Position numbers and translations under genes: made by a program. A DNA stretch of 32,000 nucleotides from Nostoc sp. PCC 7120 = FACHB-418. GTDB lineage: Bacteria > Cyanobacteriota > Cyanobacteriia > Cyanobacteriales > Nostocaceae. The notes under the pieces were generated by a model. The model made no database searches, was not told the origin of the DNA, and saw nothing but the letters and a program-made list of their open reading frames with translations. The number at the start of each line of letters is the position of its first letter. Position 1 is the first letter of the stretch. Of this stretch, positions 1 through 6,947 are shown piece by piece. The stretch is taken from contig NC_003273.1 in assembly GCF_000009705.1 (NCBI RefSeq), positions 1-32,000 of the forward strand, read 5' to 3'.

Positions 1-731
1 TACGTAGTTCTATAACTAATGATGGTCATCCACCATTAGAGGCATCAGGATTAAAGTTACAAGAAAATTTGACATTGATAGAGCAAAGCTTAGATCGGAT
101 GGAAAAAAAAGTGCTTTACCACCACCTTTAATCAACCTAAAACACTTGATAGCTAAAGGATTATCTGCGACTGCATCTTTATTTTCACCTGTGAGGGTTG
201 CATATCAGTGGGTTGATAAAGCTAGTGATATTCTCAATAATAAAATAGGTCTTGATGCTGCTGGTGTCAAACAAAGTTATCAGCAACTGTTAACTCAAAT
301 GTCCCAACAAAAGCAGAAAGCTGGTACCCTGAACACTGCAATCGATAACTTTATAAAAACCACCCATAGCTACTGGTCTGGACTTTTTCATTGTTACGAA
401 ATTGAAGATTTTCCCAGAACTAATAACGACTTAGAACACGCTTTTGGTATGCTCCGTCATCATCAACGTCGTTGTACTGGTCGTAAAGTTGCCCCCTCAT
501 CCCTCGTTATTCGTGGCTCTGTCAAACTTGCCTGTGCCATCGCTACTAAACTTCATTCTTTTACCGCATCTGATTTAGCACAAGTTGATATCGTTACTTG
601 GCTCGATTTACGTTCTCAATTGCAAAAACACCACAAAGCCAGAATTGAACAGTATCGATTTCGCCGCGACCCAAAGGCTTACTTAGCTAATCTAGAGAGT
701 CGTCTTCTCTAGTGAGTTTTACCACACTAGG
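1..731 (+). mobile_element. 3-prime portion of a second, diverged copy of the IS at 6943..8620; runs off the left window edge
   Basis: 1..731 is colinear by eye with 7889..8620, with many substitutions. It ends in a degenerate right terminal repeat: tctctagtgagttttaccacactagg at 706..731 versus tctctagtaagttttgccacgctagg at 8595..8620. Confidence 0.85.
3..712 (+). pseudogene. Transposase C-terminal fragment, frameshifted
   Basis: It reads in the same frame as the intact copy (RSSITNDGHPPLEASGLKLQENL...). The A-run at 103..110 is 1 nt shorter than aaaaaagaa at 7991..7999, which gives TAA at 129..131. The homologous reading resumes in another frame as ORF 146..712. Confidence 0.75.
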
Positions 732-1133
732 TTATTTCTCTGTTTCAGTAAATGGTGAACAAATATCTATCAAACAACCATTTGGATCGACAGTTAAGAA
801 TCGACGCTGCCCATAAAACTCGTTTCTAGGTTCTTGAACGATGCGAAGCCCCATAGCTACTGCTTTTTCGTAGACTAGATCAACTGCGGGAACCACAAAC
901 GTTACATACATACCTGATGGAGCAGTTTGATACTCCTGTGGAACCAGATGATGACTGCGAAGAATAATACCAAACTCTAGTTCTTGATTAGACGGACTGC
1001 GAAGTTGAACATACCAATCGCTGTCATAACTTACCTCAAAGCCAAGCAAAGCCACATAGAAATCTCGGCTTTCTGTCAGTTGATCGGAGCAGATGTTTGT
1101 AAGAATGCGGCTCAAGCCCATAACTATTCTCAA
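732..1133 (-). CDS. VOC (glyoxalase/bleomycin-resistance/dioxygenase fold) family protein
   Basis: 133-aa ORF with paired beta-alpha-beta-beta-beta-like segments typical of the family: SRDFYVALLGFEV, GMYVTFVVPAVDLVYEKAVAMGL, EFYGQRRFLTVDPNGCLIDI. The second Met (1121) is a plausible true start. The stop abuts the IS end at 731. Confidence 0.75.
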   Translation of the reverse strand: MRIVMGLSRILTNICSDQLTESRDFYVALLGFEVSYDSDWYVQLRSPSNQELEFGIILRSHHLVPQEYQTAPSGMYVTFVVPAVDLVYEKAVAMGLRIVQEPRNEFYGQRRFLTVDPNGCLIDICSPFTETEK

Positions 1134-1660
1134 TCATTGTTCCAAGAGGGCGAACGTGTGAGCTAAAACCCGACCAACAGTTAAGTGAAGGTTAAGCCAC
1201 ACTTTTATGCAGATACGGGAGTGCATAGCTCAACGAGCGTTCCATCCGGTATCCGCAAATAAGAGACGATTTGACCAGCATAGTTTCTCCAGTGTTCAGT
1301 TCGCCATAGTCGCCTGACTCATGCAGAAACCTCTGCATATAGCTTAGTTTAAGTAGTCTCATCAATTGGTGGTGTAATACCTTTTTGGTCTTTGACCAAA
1401 AGGATCTCTGAGGTATCAAAGTACATGATGTTTTTAAGTTTTGATCTACCATCGCCTCAGCTTTGTAAATATTTTGTTATACTTGTTAATATAAGTTCAC
1501 AATCTAGGTGCAACACCACTAAAGAGGAGAATGCCCAATAGCTCAATGAGTGTACGACTACTAACCGCAGCTAGGTATTAACACTTCCTCTCCTGATTTT
1601 TAGCATTTACCAAAAAAGTTTTCCTCCAGTTGGGCGATTGAGCCTGCAATTAATCAACCT

Positions 1661-1846
1661 ATGACATTATCTTTAGAACAAGAATTTAGCCTGAGAACTT
1701 TTGCTGACCAAGTGCAGCAGATGTCCCGTGAACAAGCTCAAGAGCTTTTGCTCATGCTGTATAAGCAGATGATGATTCGAGAAACGACATACCAGGAATT
1801 GCTCAAGCATGAGTGGAAACTCGATTCAGATGCTGTCTGGGGGTAA
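1661..1846 (+). CDS. nblA: Phycobilisome degradation protein NblA
   Basis: 61-aa ORF. LSLEQEFSLRTFADQVQQMSREQAQELLLMLYKQMMIRETTYQELLKHEWKLD matches, from memory, the conserved NblA pattern and the typical ~60-aa length. Confidence 0.85.
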   Translation: MTLSLEQEFSLRTFADQVQQMSREQAQELLLMLYKQMMIRETTYQELLKHEWKLDSDAVWG

Positions 1847-1961
1847 AGACTGCTCGTAAATATCAAACCTGTTGTAGATATATAAATGTCGTGTATTTCA
1901 TTTTTTTGCATTCTAGCGATTCCACTTTTTAGGATGTTGGAGCGCCAATTGAAAGTGCTTT

Positions 1962-1993
1962 CACCGAGAGCAAATATCTCATTGCTCTCGGTG
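1962..1993. terminator. 12-bp perfect hairpin between convergent genes
   Basis: caccgagagcaa (1962..1973) pairs with ttgctctcggtg (1982..1993) around an 8-nt loop. It lies between nblA (+) and ORF 2024..2362 (-). No clear U-tract on either strand. Confidence 0.4.
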
Positions 1994-2023
1994 GAAATTT
2001 GCTATTGAATGCTTGAGACACAT

Positions 2024-2362
2024 CTATGAACTTGCGCCAGCTTCCGCTACAGTTTCCCCCACGTCTGGCTTTACCTCCTTCGCCTTCTTTTCAAAAATCT
2101 GGATTCCGGCATCAACCACCTCAAACCCTTTTTCTGTTCGTTGACCAAGCTTGCCCGATACAGCCCCAGCCCAGTCTGCGAATTCCGAGGCGCTAGTTTC
2201 TGCCTTGCGCCAACTTTTTGCATTAACTTGAGCGGTGAAGACTATGCCGTTCTGATCAGTCAACTCAATTTCCACTTTTTTGTTCGCGGCTGGTGTGGCT
2301 GTTGGTAGTTCACCACTAAATTTTATTGTGACGAGAGCTTTTGGCTGACATCGCTTATTCAA
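2024..2362 (-). CDS. Hypothetical protein (112 aa), no family recognised
   Basis: Clean ORF with no overlapping competitor and a hairpin just downstream. No motif I can name. Confidence 0.4.
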   Translation of the reverse strand: MNKRCQPKALVTIKFSGELPTATPAANKKVEIELTDQNGIVFTAQVNAKSWRKAETSASEFADWAGAVSGKLGQRTEKGFEVVDAGIQIFEKKAKEVKPDVGETVAEAGASS

Positions 2363-2504
2363 ACACCCTTCTTTTTCACATATCGTTAATATCCACTTAT
2401 ATACCAGTTCCGTAGTAGTTGAGATGTCTACGGAGAATCCCTCTGATTAATTTTAGTGATTGATAGTCCAGTAAATACGGTGAGTATTGCTGAAATGGCT
2501 CACA

Positions 2505-2544
2505 TGAACAACCGCCTCTAAAACTGAACAACCGCCTCTAAAAC
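2505..2544. repeat. Perfect tandem duplication of a 20-mer (tgaacaaccgcctctaaaac x2)
   Basis: Read directly: 2505..2524 equals 2525..2544. It sits ~145 bp upstream of the minus-strand ORF starting at 2362. Confidence 0.9.
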
Positions 2545-2926
2545 GTGATTTTTTCTCCCAGAAATTGACCAAAATTCTCCCACTATTTACCAAGTTAAAA
2601 CCAAGAAATTGAAAACTTGGCAATATTATGGAGACATGGGGGAAATTCTCTCTAGGAATTTTAATTTATTGACAATATTTTCAATAAGTCTCGGATGACA
2701 AGAATAGAAAACTGCCCAAAAGTTTCCCAATTATTGTCAAGGTTAGGGCAGAAATTACCCAGGAATAACCATAATTTTAAAATCATGGCGAAAGTAGGGA
2801 GAATATTGGTCAACACTAAAAACTTTCGCACAGTACGCAAAAAAGTTTTGCCAGATTTTTAAGTCTAAAACCAAGTCTAAAAAAATTATTTTCACAACCA
2901 ACTCGATAGTTGCTGCTACCACTACC

Positions 2927-2958
2927 GCAAAAAAATAACCCCATAAGCGTGTGGGGTT
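2927..2958 (-). terminator. Rho-independent terminator downstream of the actin-like ATPase/adaptor operon
   Basis: Minus strand reads aaccccacacgcttatggggtt followed by attttttt. It lies ~150 nt past the stop of ORF 3106..3570. Confidence 0.6.
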
Positions 2959-3105
2959 AATCATGTTTTTCAAATTCCCAAAACTACAGAAGAGCTTAGT
3001 TGCGTTTCAGTATAAATATGGACGTATATATGCCCATATTACAAACAGAAAATCTTCATGTCCTGGGTAATTACGGACTTTTTAAAATGGCTTTACGACA
3101 ACTTA

Positions 3106-3570
3106 TTAATCTCCGCCAAAAATCGCATCCAATTCAAGTGATGAAGCCTGACCCTGAACTATTGAAGCGGGTCTGATTGAATCAGCCGCTTTAGAGTCAA
3201 GCTCAGGTGACTCTAAAGCATTACTGTTGTAAGCTGGGGCATTGACCGTTACAACTGGTGCAGCCAACGCTGGCTGTGACACGACAAACTGCGGTTGTTC
3301 CACACCTAGAGCCAAACGCATATAACTACCGTGTTTATTCAAGACATCCTGTGCTTCCCAACAAGCCAAACGGATCTGCTCTGGCGTAAACGAACCACTC
3401 GAATATCGCGCCACAGGCAAGAAAGCAGCCACCAGAATATCTGCCACCTTGCGCTGTGCCTCATCCTTGGGCAGCGAGTTCAAGTAATTGACAACTTCCG
3501 CTAAAACATCCCCCTCATAAGGCTGAAGCCGCATAGTTAGAGACAAGCGTTTTTTCTTGCTAGGATTCAT
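3106..3570 (-). CDS. Putative ParR-like ribbon-helix-helix centromere-binding adaptor
   Basis: 154-aa ORF whose start overlaps the upstream stop (ATGA at 3567..3570). The N-terminus KKKRLSLTMRLQPYEGDVLAEVVNYLNSL has the basic-strand-then-helix layout of RHH proteins. Its position after an actin-like ATPase matches type II partition loci. Confidence 0.5.
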   Translation of the reverse strand: MNPSKKKRLSLTMRLQPYEGDVLAEVVNYLNSLPKDEAQRKVADILVAAFLPVARYSSGSFTPEQIRLACWEAQDVLNKHGSYMRLALGVEQPQFVVSQPALAAPVVTVNAPAYNSNALESPELDSKAADSIRPASIVQGQASSLELDAIFGGD

Positions 3571-4835
3571 TGGCTTGTCTCCATCCCCAACAAATAATCA
3601 AACATCCCGAAGCAGTCCACTAACCGCGCTGACGTACTATATCTGTACGTTTGCTCTGAATCTAAATTAAAAGTTTCTTGCACCTGAGTTATAAAACCAC
3701 TACCCCAAACCATCGGTATCATTGGCAAGTTGTTGTCTTTGGGGATGTATTGACCAGTTCTCTCGTAAATCTCTCTGTAATCAGATGTCTTCTTGAGTTG
3801 CCATGCACAATTGAAATACGCCTCCAACTCAACTTCTACATAGTAAGCAGCGCCCCCACCGATAATTACCTCGTTCAACGGTCTGGGTAATATTTTGTCC
3901 ATCCACCGATTGAGCTTATCCCAATATTGGGCTGTTGCCACATCAATAGCATGATCTATGTGAGAAATTTCTTTTTCTCTTAAACTGGGGTCTTTGGCAC
4001 TTGCTAGGGCTTGTATTTGCTCAAAAGTTATCCAATTAGGGCGTACCGAGTAATGACGGTCTTTGCTGTAGACCTTATTAATAATTTTGTAGCGTGCATC
4101 AAATAAAGCTTGTGCTACACGTTCTCGGTCTAAACCGCTAGTCATATCCAACACAATATCCAGCATATTAGCAAAGCCCAACAGTGGACTATCCCCCTGC
4201 TTGAGTTGCCCCCGGTCAAAATAAAGTGCTGTCGTGTTCCTGTGACCAAACATCAATACAGCTAGTTGGGAAGTGCGTAACCAGTCTACCCCTTGCTGTT
4301 TGATTCGCAGTGCCGCTAATCCCCCACCTTCAGGACGGCACAAGAAACGCTCTAAGTTCACCTTTAAAGACAGTTTTCGTACTGTAAAATCAGCCAGCAT
4401 TACCCGTAACTGTTCTTCAAAGCGACGGCGATCGCTGTACTCATTCCACGGCAGAAGTAACGCCAACTCCAAGTTAATTTGTTTTTTCGCCGTCACCTTC
4501 ACCTTGGTTAGTTCAACAATTAAGCCAACCGCCCCTAGTACCTTCCACAAGGCATTCTCATATTTGAGTTCCTTAATGCGGTCAAGCGGATCAAAGTTAG
4601 CCGCGAACTCACCCAATACCACCACTCTGTTATTCCACTCGACCCACAGTTGTTGGTCTGGTGAGGGGCTACCAATCCAGCCCAAGCGTTCCATAAAAAA
4701 ATTGAGTTTATCCTTAGTAATCTCTTCTATTGCAGGTGGCAGCAGAATATAACTAGGTTTAGTCTGGTCATCCACTTGATAAATTATCTTAGTTTGCGAC
4801 CCACCAACGTCCACGCTGAGATAAATGTCAGTCAT
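3567..4835 (-). CDS. Actin-like ATPase (ParM/Alp-type plasmid segregation protein), copy 1
   Basis: 422 aa. Phosphate-1-like LSVDVGGSQTKIIY at the N-terminus, phosphate-2-like AVLMFGHRNTTALYF, adenosine motif VIIGGGAAYY. Confidence 0.7.
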   Translation of the reverse strand: MTDIYLSVDVGGSQTKIIYQVDDQTKPSYILLPPAIEEITKDKLNFFMERLGWIGSPSPDQQLWVEWNNRVVVLGEFAANFDPLDRIKELKYENALWKVLGAVGLIVELTKVKVTAKKQINLELALLLPWNEYSDRRRFEEQLRVMLADFTVRKLSLKVNLERFLCRPEGGGLAALRIKQQGVDWLRTSQLAVLMFGHRNTTALYFDRGQLKQGDSPLLGFANMLDIVLDMTSGLDRERVAQALFDARYKIINKVYSKDRHYSVRPNWITFEQIQALASAKDPSLREKEISHIDHAIDVATAQYWDKLNRWMDKILPRPLNEVIIGGGAAYYVEVELEAYFNCAWQLKKTSDYREIYERTGQYIPKDNNLPMIPMVWGSGFITQVQETFNLDSEQTYRYSTSARLVDCFGMFDYLLGMETSQ

Positions 4836-4869
4836 GCCAAAAGCTGGTTAAAACGATGATTTTATGATG

Positions 4870-5040
4870 GTGCAGATTTAGAGCTAGTTGGCACTATCTA
4901 AGTGCAGATATTGCACCCATTTGGCACAATCTGGCACTCGTGATTAACCTCGCATCATGACCCTAAATGCCGATTTAGGCTTACCAAATTGTGCCAACTT
5001 GCACTAAAAATGTGCTGAGTTGCTCCAGATTCGTGCCAAG
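4870..5040. promoter_or_regulatory. Phased array of T(T/G)GCAC / TGGCAC boxes; candidate centromere (parC-like) and/or promoter region
   Basis: Forward boxes: gtgcaga 4870, ttggcac 4888, gtgcaga 4902, ttgcac 4911, ttggcac 4921, ctggcac 4931, mostly 9-13 nt apart (one 18-nt gap). Inverted boxes: gtgccaa 4991 and 5033, plus ttgcac 4999. The array lies directly upstream of the minus-strand ATPase gene starting at 4835. Confidence 0.45.
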
Positions 5041-5243
5041 AGGTCGCTTTGTGGCTGGAGTGGGTGTTGTTACCGAAGAATTTCGAGTAGGGGGTATTAG
5101 TATGGAGGTGTACTCACTATACTTCCGCGCCCTGCGGGTGGGCTGCGCCCATCCTTCGCTACGCTCAGGACGCAGAAGCTACGTTCGCCCCTGCGGGGAG
5201 TTCGCACCCCATTGGCACAACTGTAAAATCCGAGAGTAAATCA

Positions 5244-6947
5244 ATGGTAGCTTTAGCGATTCTGCGCGTTGAAAAACTCAAATCTTTCGGCAATGTTGGC
5301 GGTAGCGAGAAGCATACTGCCCGTTTACAAGATACCCCAAATGCCGACACCACTAAAAAAAATATCAGACTGATTGGCATGGAGGATGGTAAGACGCTGG
5401 AAGATTTGGTCAAAACTAAGATTGCCACCGACACCAAGCACAAACCTCGCAAGGATGCCGTGCTGTGTAGCGAGATGTTCCTGTCGGCATCGCCCGAATA
5501 TTTCCGCCCCCATGACCCATCTCTTGCTGGTGAATGGAATGATGAGCGCATGGTACTGTTTGCCAAAGCCTCCATTACTTGGTTAAAGACCAACTACGGT
5601 GACAAGTGTGTCCGGGCTGAACTGCACTTGGATGAAGCTACTCCCCACATTCATGCTTACATTGTTCCCATCAACGATAAGACCAAGCTGCTAAGTCATA
5701 AGGAAATGTTTGGTGGTGATGGTCGTGTTGGCAGCATCAAGTTATCTAAGCTGCAAGATAGTTATGCCCAGGCACTCGCTCCTTTGGGTATTGAACGAGG
5801 GGTTAAGGGCAGTAAGGCCACCCACACCAAAGTAAAGGAGTATTACCAAGCCGTTAACAGCGAACCACTCACTGCCGTCTGGTCGAATCAGAAACTTGAA
5901 CCCCAACCGCTTGAATCCGCTACAAATTACGTTGCTCGGATTCAGAATGATGACCAATTCCACGCCATCAACCACCAACTTGCTGACCGTGCTTTCATGC
6001 TTGAGAAACTAGAACGGGCAGAGCAACGGGCAAGAGCCAGCGAGAAGGAACGACAACGGTTAGAAAAAGAAGTGCGATCGCTTGAATTGAAAACCCAACA
6101 ACTACGCGACTTGGAATTATCGGATGTCGCCTGGGAGTTGGGGCTTGATTACGAGCGTGAGCGCTGGAGAGGTCACGGTCACATCATTAATATAGATGGC
6201 TCAAAGTTTTATGACTTTTCACCCGACCAACAGAAGGGCGGGGGCGGTGCGATTGATTTGGTGATGCACGTTAATCAGTGCAATTTTCGGCAGGCGGTTG
6301 TCTGGTTACATGAGCGATTCGGGGAAGCTGGGGTAGAACGTGCGGCGATCGCTCATGTCAAGAACAGGGCGGCGGACATTATCCAGACCCAAGCGCGTCC
6401 TCAATTTACCCCACCCGTTGAAGATAGAAACAACTGGCCTGCCGTTGAACGTTACCTCACCCAACAACGGGGCATCCCCTCTGATTGTTTGCAAATGCTT
6501 CAAAACCTGGGGCTACTTTACGCTGATGACCAACAAAACGCTGTCTTTGTCATGCGGAATCTTGATGGTCAGCGTAACGGTGCATTCTTACGGGGAACTA
6601 GAGGGGAGAACAACAGTTTTAAAGGCTACTCTAAGGGAACCAAACGCCGTGATAGCTGGTTTTACTTCGGTTTGGGTGGTCAAGCAACCGATAAAGCATC
6701 TCATGTTCTGCTGTGTTCTTCTCCCATTGAAGCTATTTCCAGAGCCATGCTCGAATACTTTGTTAGGGGCAATGTGCCACCTGAGCGAACCCTGTACATG
6801 GCAGTCGATAACATCAACTCTTTGCCTGTCGAGCGATTGCAGAACGTTCCTCATATACTCGTGACTTTTGGTAAAGACCAATCAACTCATGCGGCCGCAC
6901 AGCGTGTCTTACAACTACTGCCACAGTCCCAACAAGTCTTATCCTAG
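5244..6947 (+). CDS. MobV-family relaxase fused to a primase-like (DUF3991/Toprim-like) domain; 3-prime end truncated by IS insertion
   Basis: N-terminal LRVEKLKSFGNVGGSEKHTAR (HxxR) and ELHLDEATPHIHAYIVP (HxDE..PHxH), the MobV/Mob_Pre signatures. A coiled-coil follows. Then GGGGAIDLVMHVNQCNFRQAVVWL and VLLCSSPIEAIS, resembling primase-type helper domains of conjugative relaxases. The stop codon TAG (6945..6947) lies inside the IS terminal repeat. Confidence 0.8.
   Translation: MVALAILRVEKLKSFGNVGGSEKHTARLQDTPNADTTKKNIRLIGMEDGKTLEDLVKTKIATDTKHKPRKDAVLCSEMFLSASPEYFRPHDPSLAGEWNDERMVLFAKASITWLKTNYGDKCVRAELHLDEATPHIHAYIVPINDKTKLLSHKEMFGGDGRVGSIKLSKLQDSYAQALAPLGIERGVKGSKATHTKVKEYYQAVNSEPLTAVWSNQKLEPQPLESATNYVARIQNDDQFHAINHQLADRAFMLEKLERAEQRARASEKERQRLEKEVRSLELKTQQLRDLELSDVAWELGLDYERERWRGHGHIINIDGSKFYDFSPDQQKGGGGAIDLVMHVNQCNFRQAVVWLHERFGEAGVERAAIAHVKNRAADIIQTQARPQFTPPVEDRNNWPAVERYLTQQRGIPSDCLQMLQNLGLLYADDQQNAVFVMRNLDGQRNGAFLRGTRGENNSFKGYSKGTKRRDSWFYFGLGGQATDKASHVLLCSSPIEAISRAMLEYFVRGNVPPERTLYMAVDNINSLPVERLQNVPHILVTFGKDQSTHAAAQRVLQLLPQSQQVLS

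Noticed and set aside
1192-1452. ORF 1192..1452 (-), 86 aa
   Set aside because: No RBS, no recognisable motif, and an odd composition. I cannot support it as a gene. It might be a relic of something, but that needs a database search.
1550-1600. NtcA site (TGTA-N8-TACA) upstream of nblA
   Set aside because: The best candidate, tgtacgactactaac (1552..1566), has AAC instead of TAC and no properly spaced -10 box downstream. That is too weak to call by eye.
2755-2973. ORF 2755..2973 (-), 72 aa
   Set aside because: Its first codons are the stem-loop and T-run of a terminator (2927..2958). The rest runs through repeat boxes, including the 23-bp box shared with 11064..11086. It has no RBS.
4888-4940. 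TGGCAC boxes as sigma-54 (-24/-12) promoters
   Set aside because: TGGCAC resembles the -24 element, but no TTGC(A/T) follows at the required 5-nt spacing, and cyanobacteria are not known to use sigma-54. The phased multi-copy layout fits a protein-binding array better.
5185-5212. tRNA-like T-arm (ggggagttcgcacccc)
   Set aside because: Only a 4-bp stem with an 8-nt loop. No acceptor, D or anticodon arms can be drawn around it, so this is not a tRNA or tmRNA gene.
3678-6881. Short ORFs nested in or antisense to the ParM-like and relaxase genes (3678..3890, 4273..4752, 5325..5513, 5374..5586, 5742..5978, 6306..6503, 6340..6864, 6588..6881). Similar nested ORFs occur elsewhere: 984..1166, 6962..7300, 8074..8280, 10058..10261, 11987..12187, 14694..14882, 15057..15299, 15803..16030, 18148..18411, 18532..18819, 19530..19712, 19975..20175, 20821..21096, 21071..21283, 21267..21476, 21624..21851, 21885..22172, 22623..22826, 24183..24368, 24313..24507, 24655..24879, 25946..26362, 26265..26567, 27189..27398, 27527..27721, 28264..28461, 29749..29955.
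   Set aside because: Each lies inside or antisense to a longer ORF that carries recognisable family motifs or better start signals. Their compositions are typical of out-of-frame translation.
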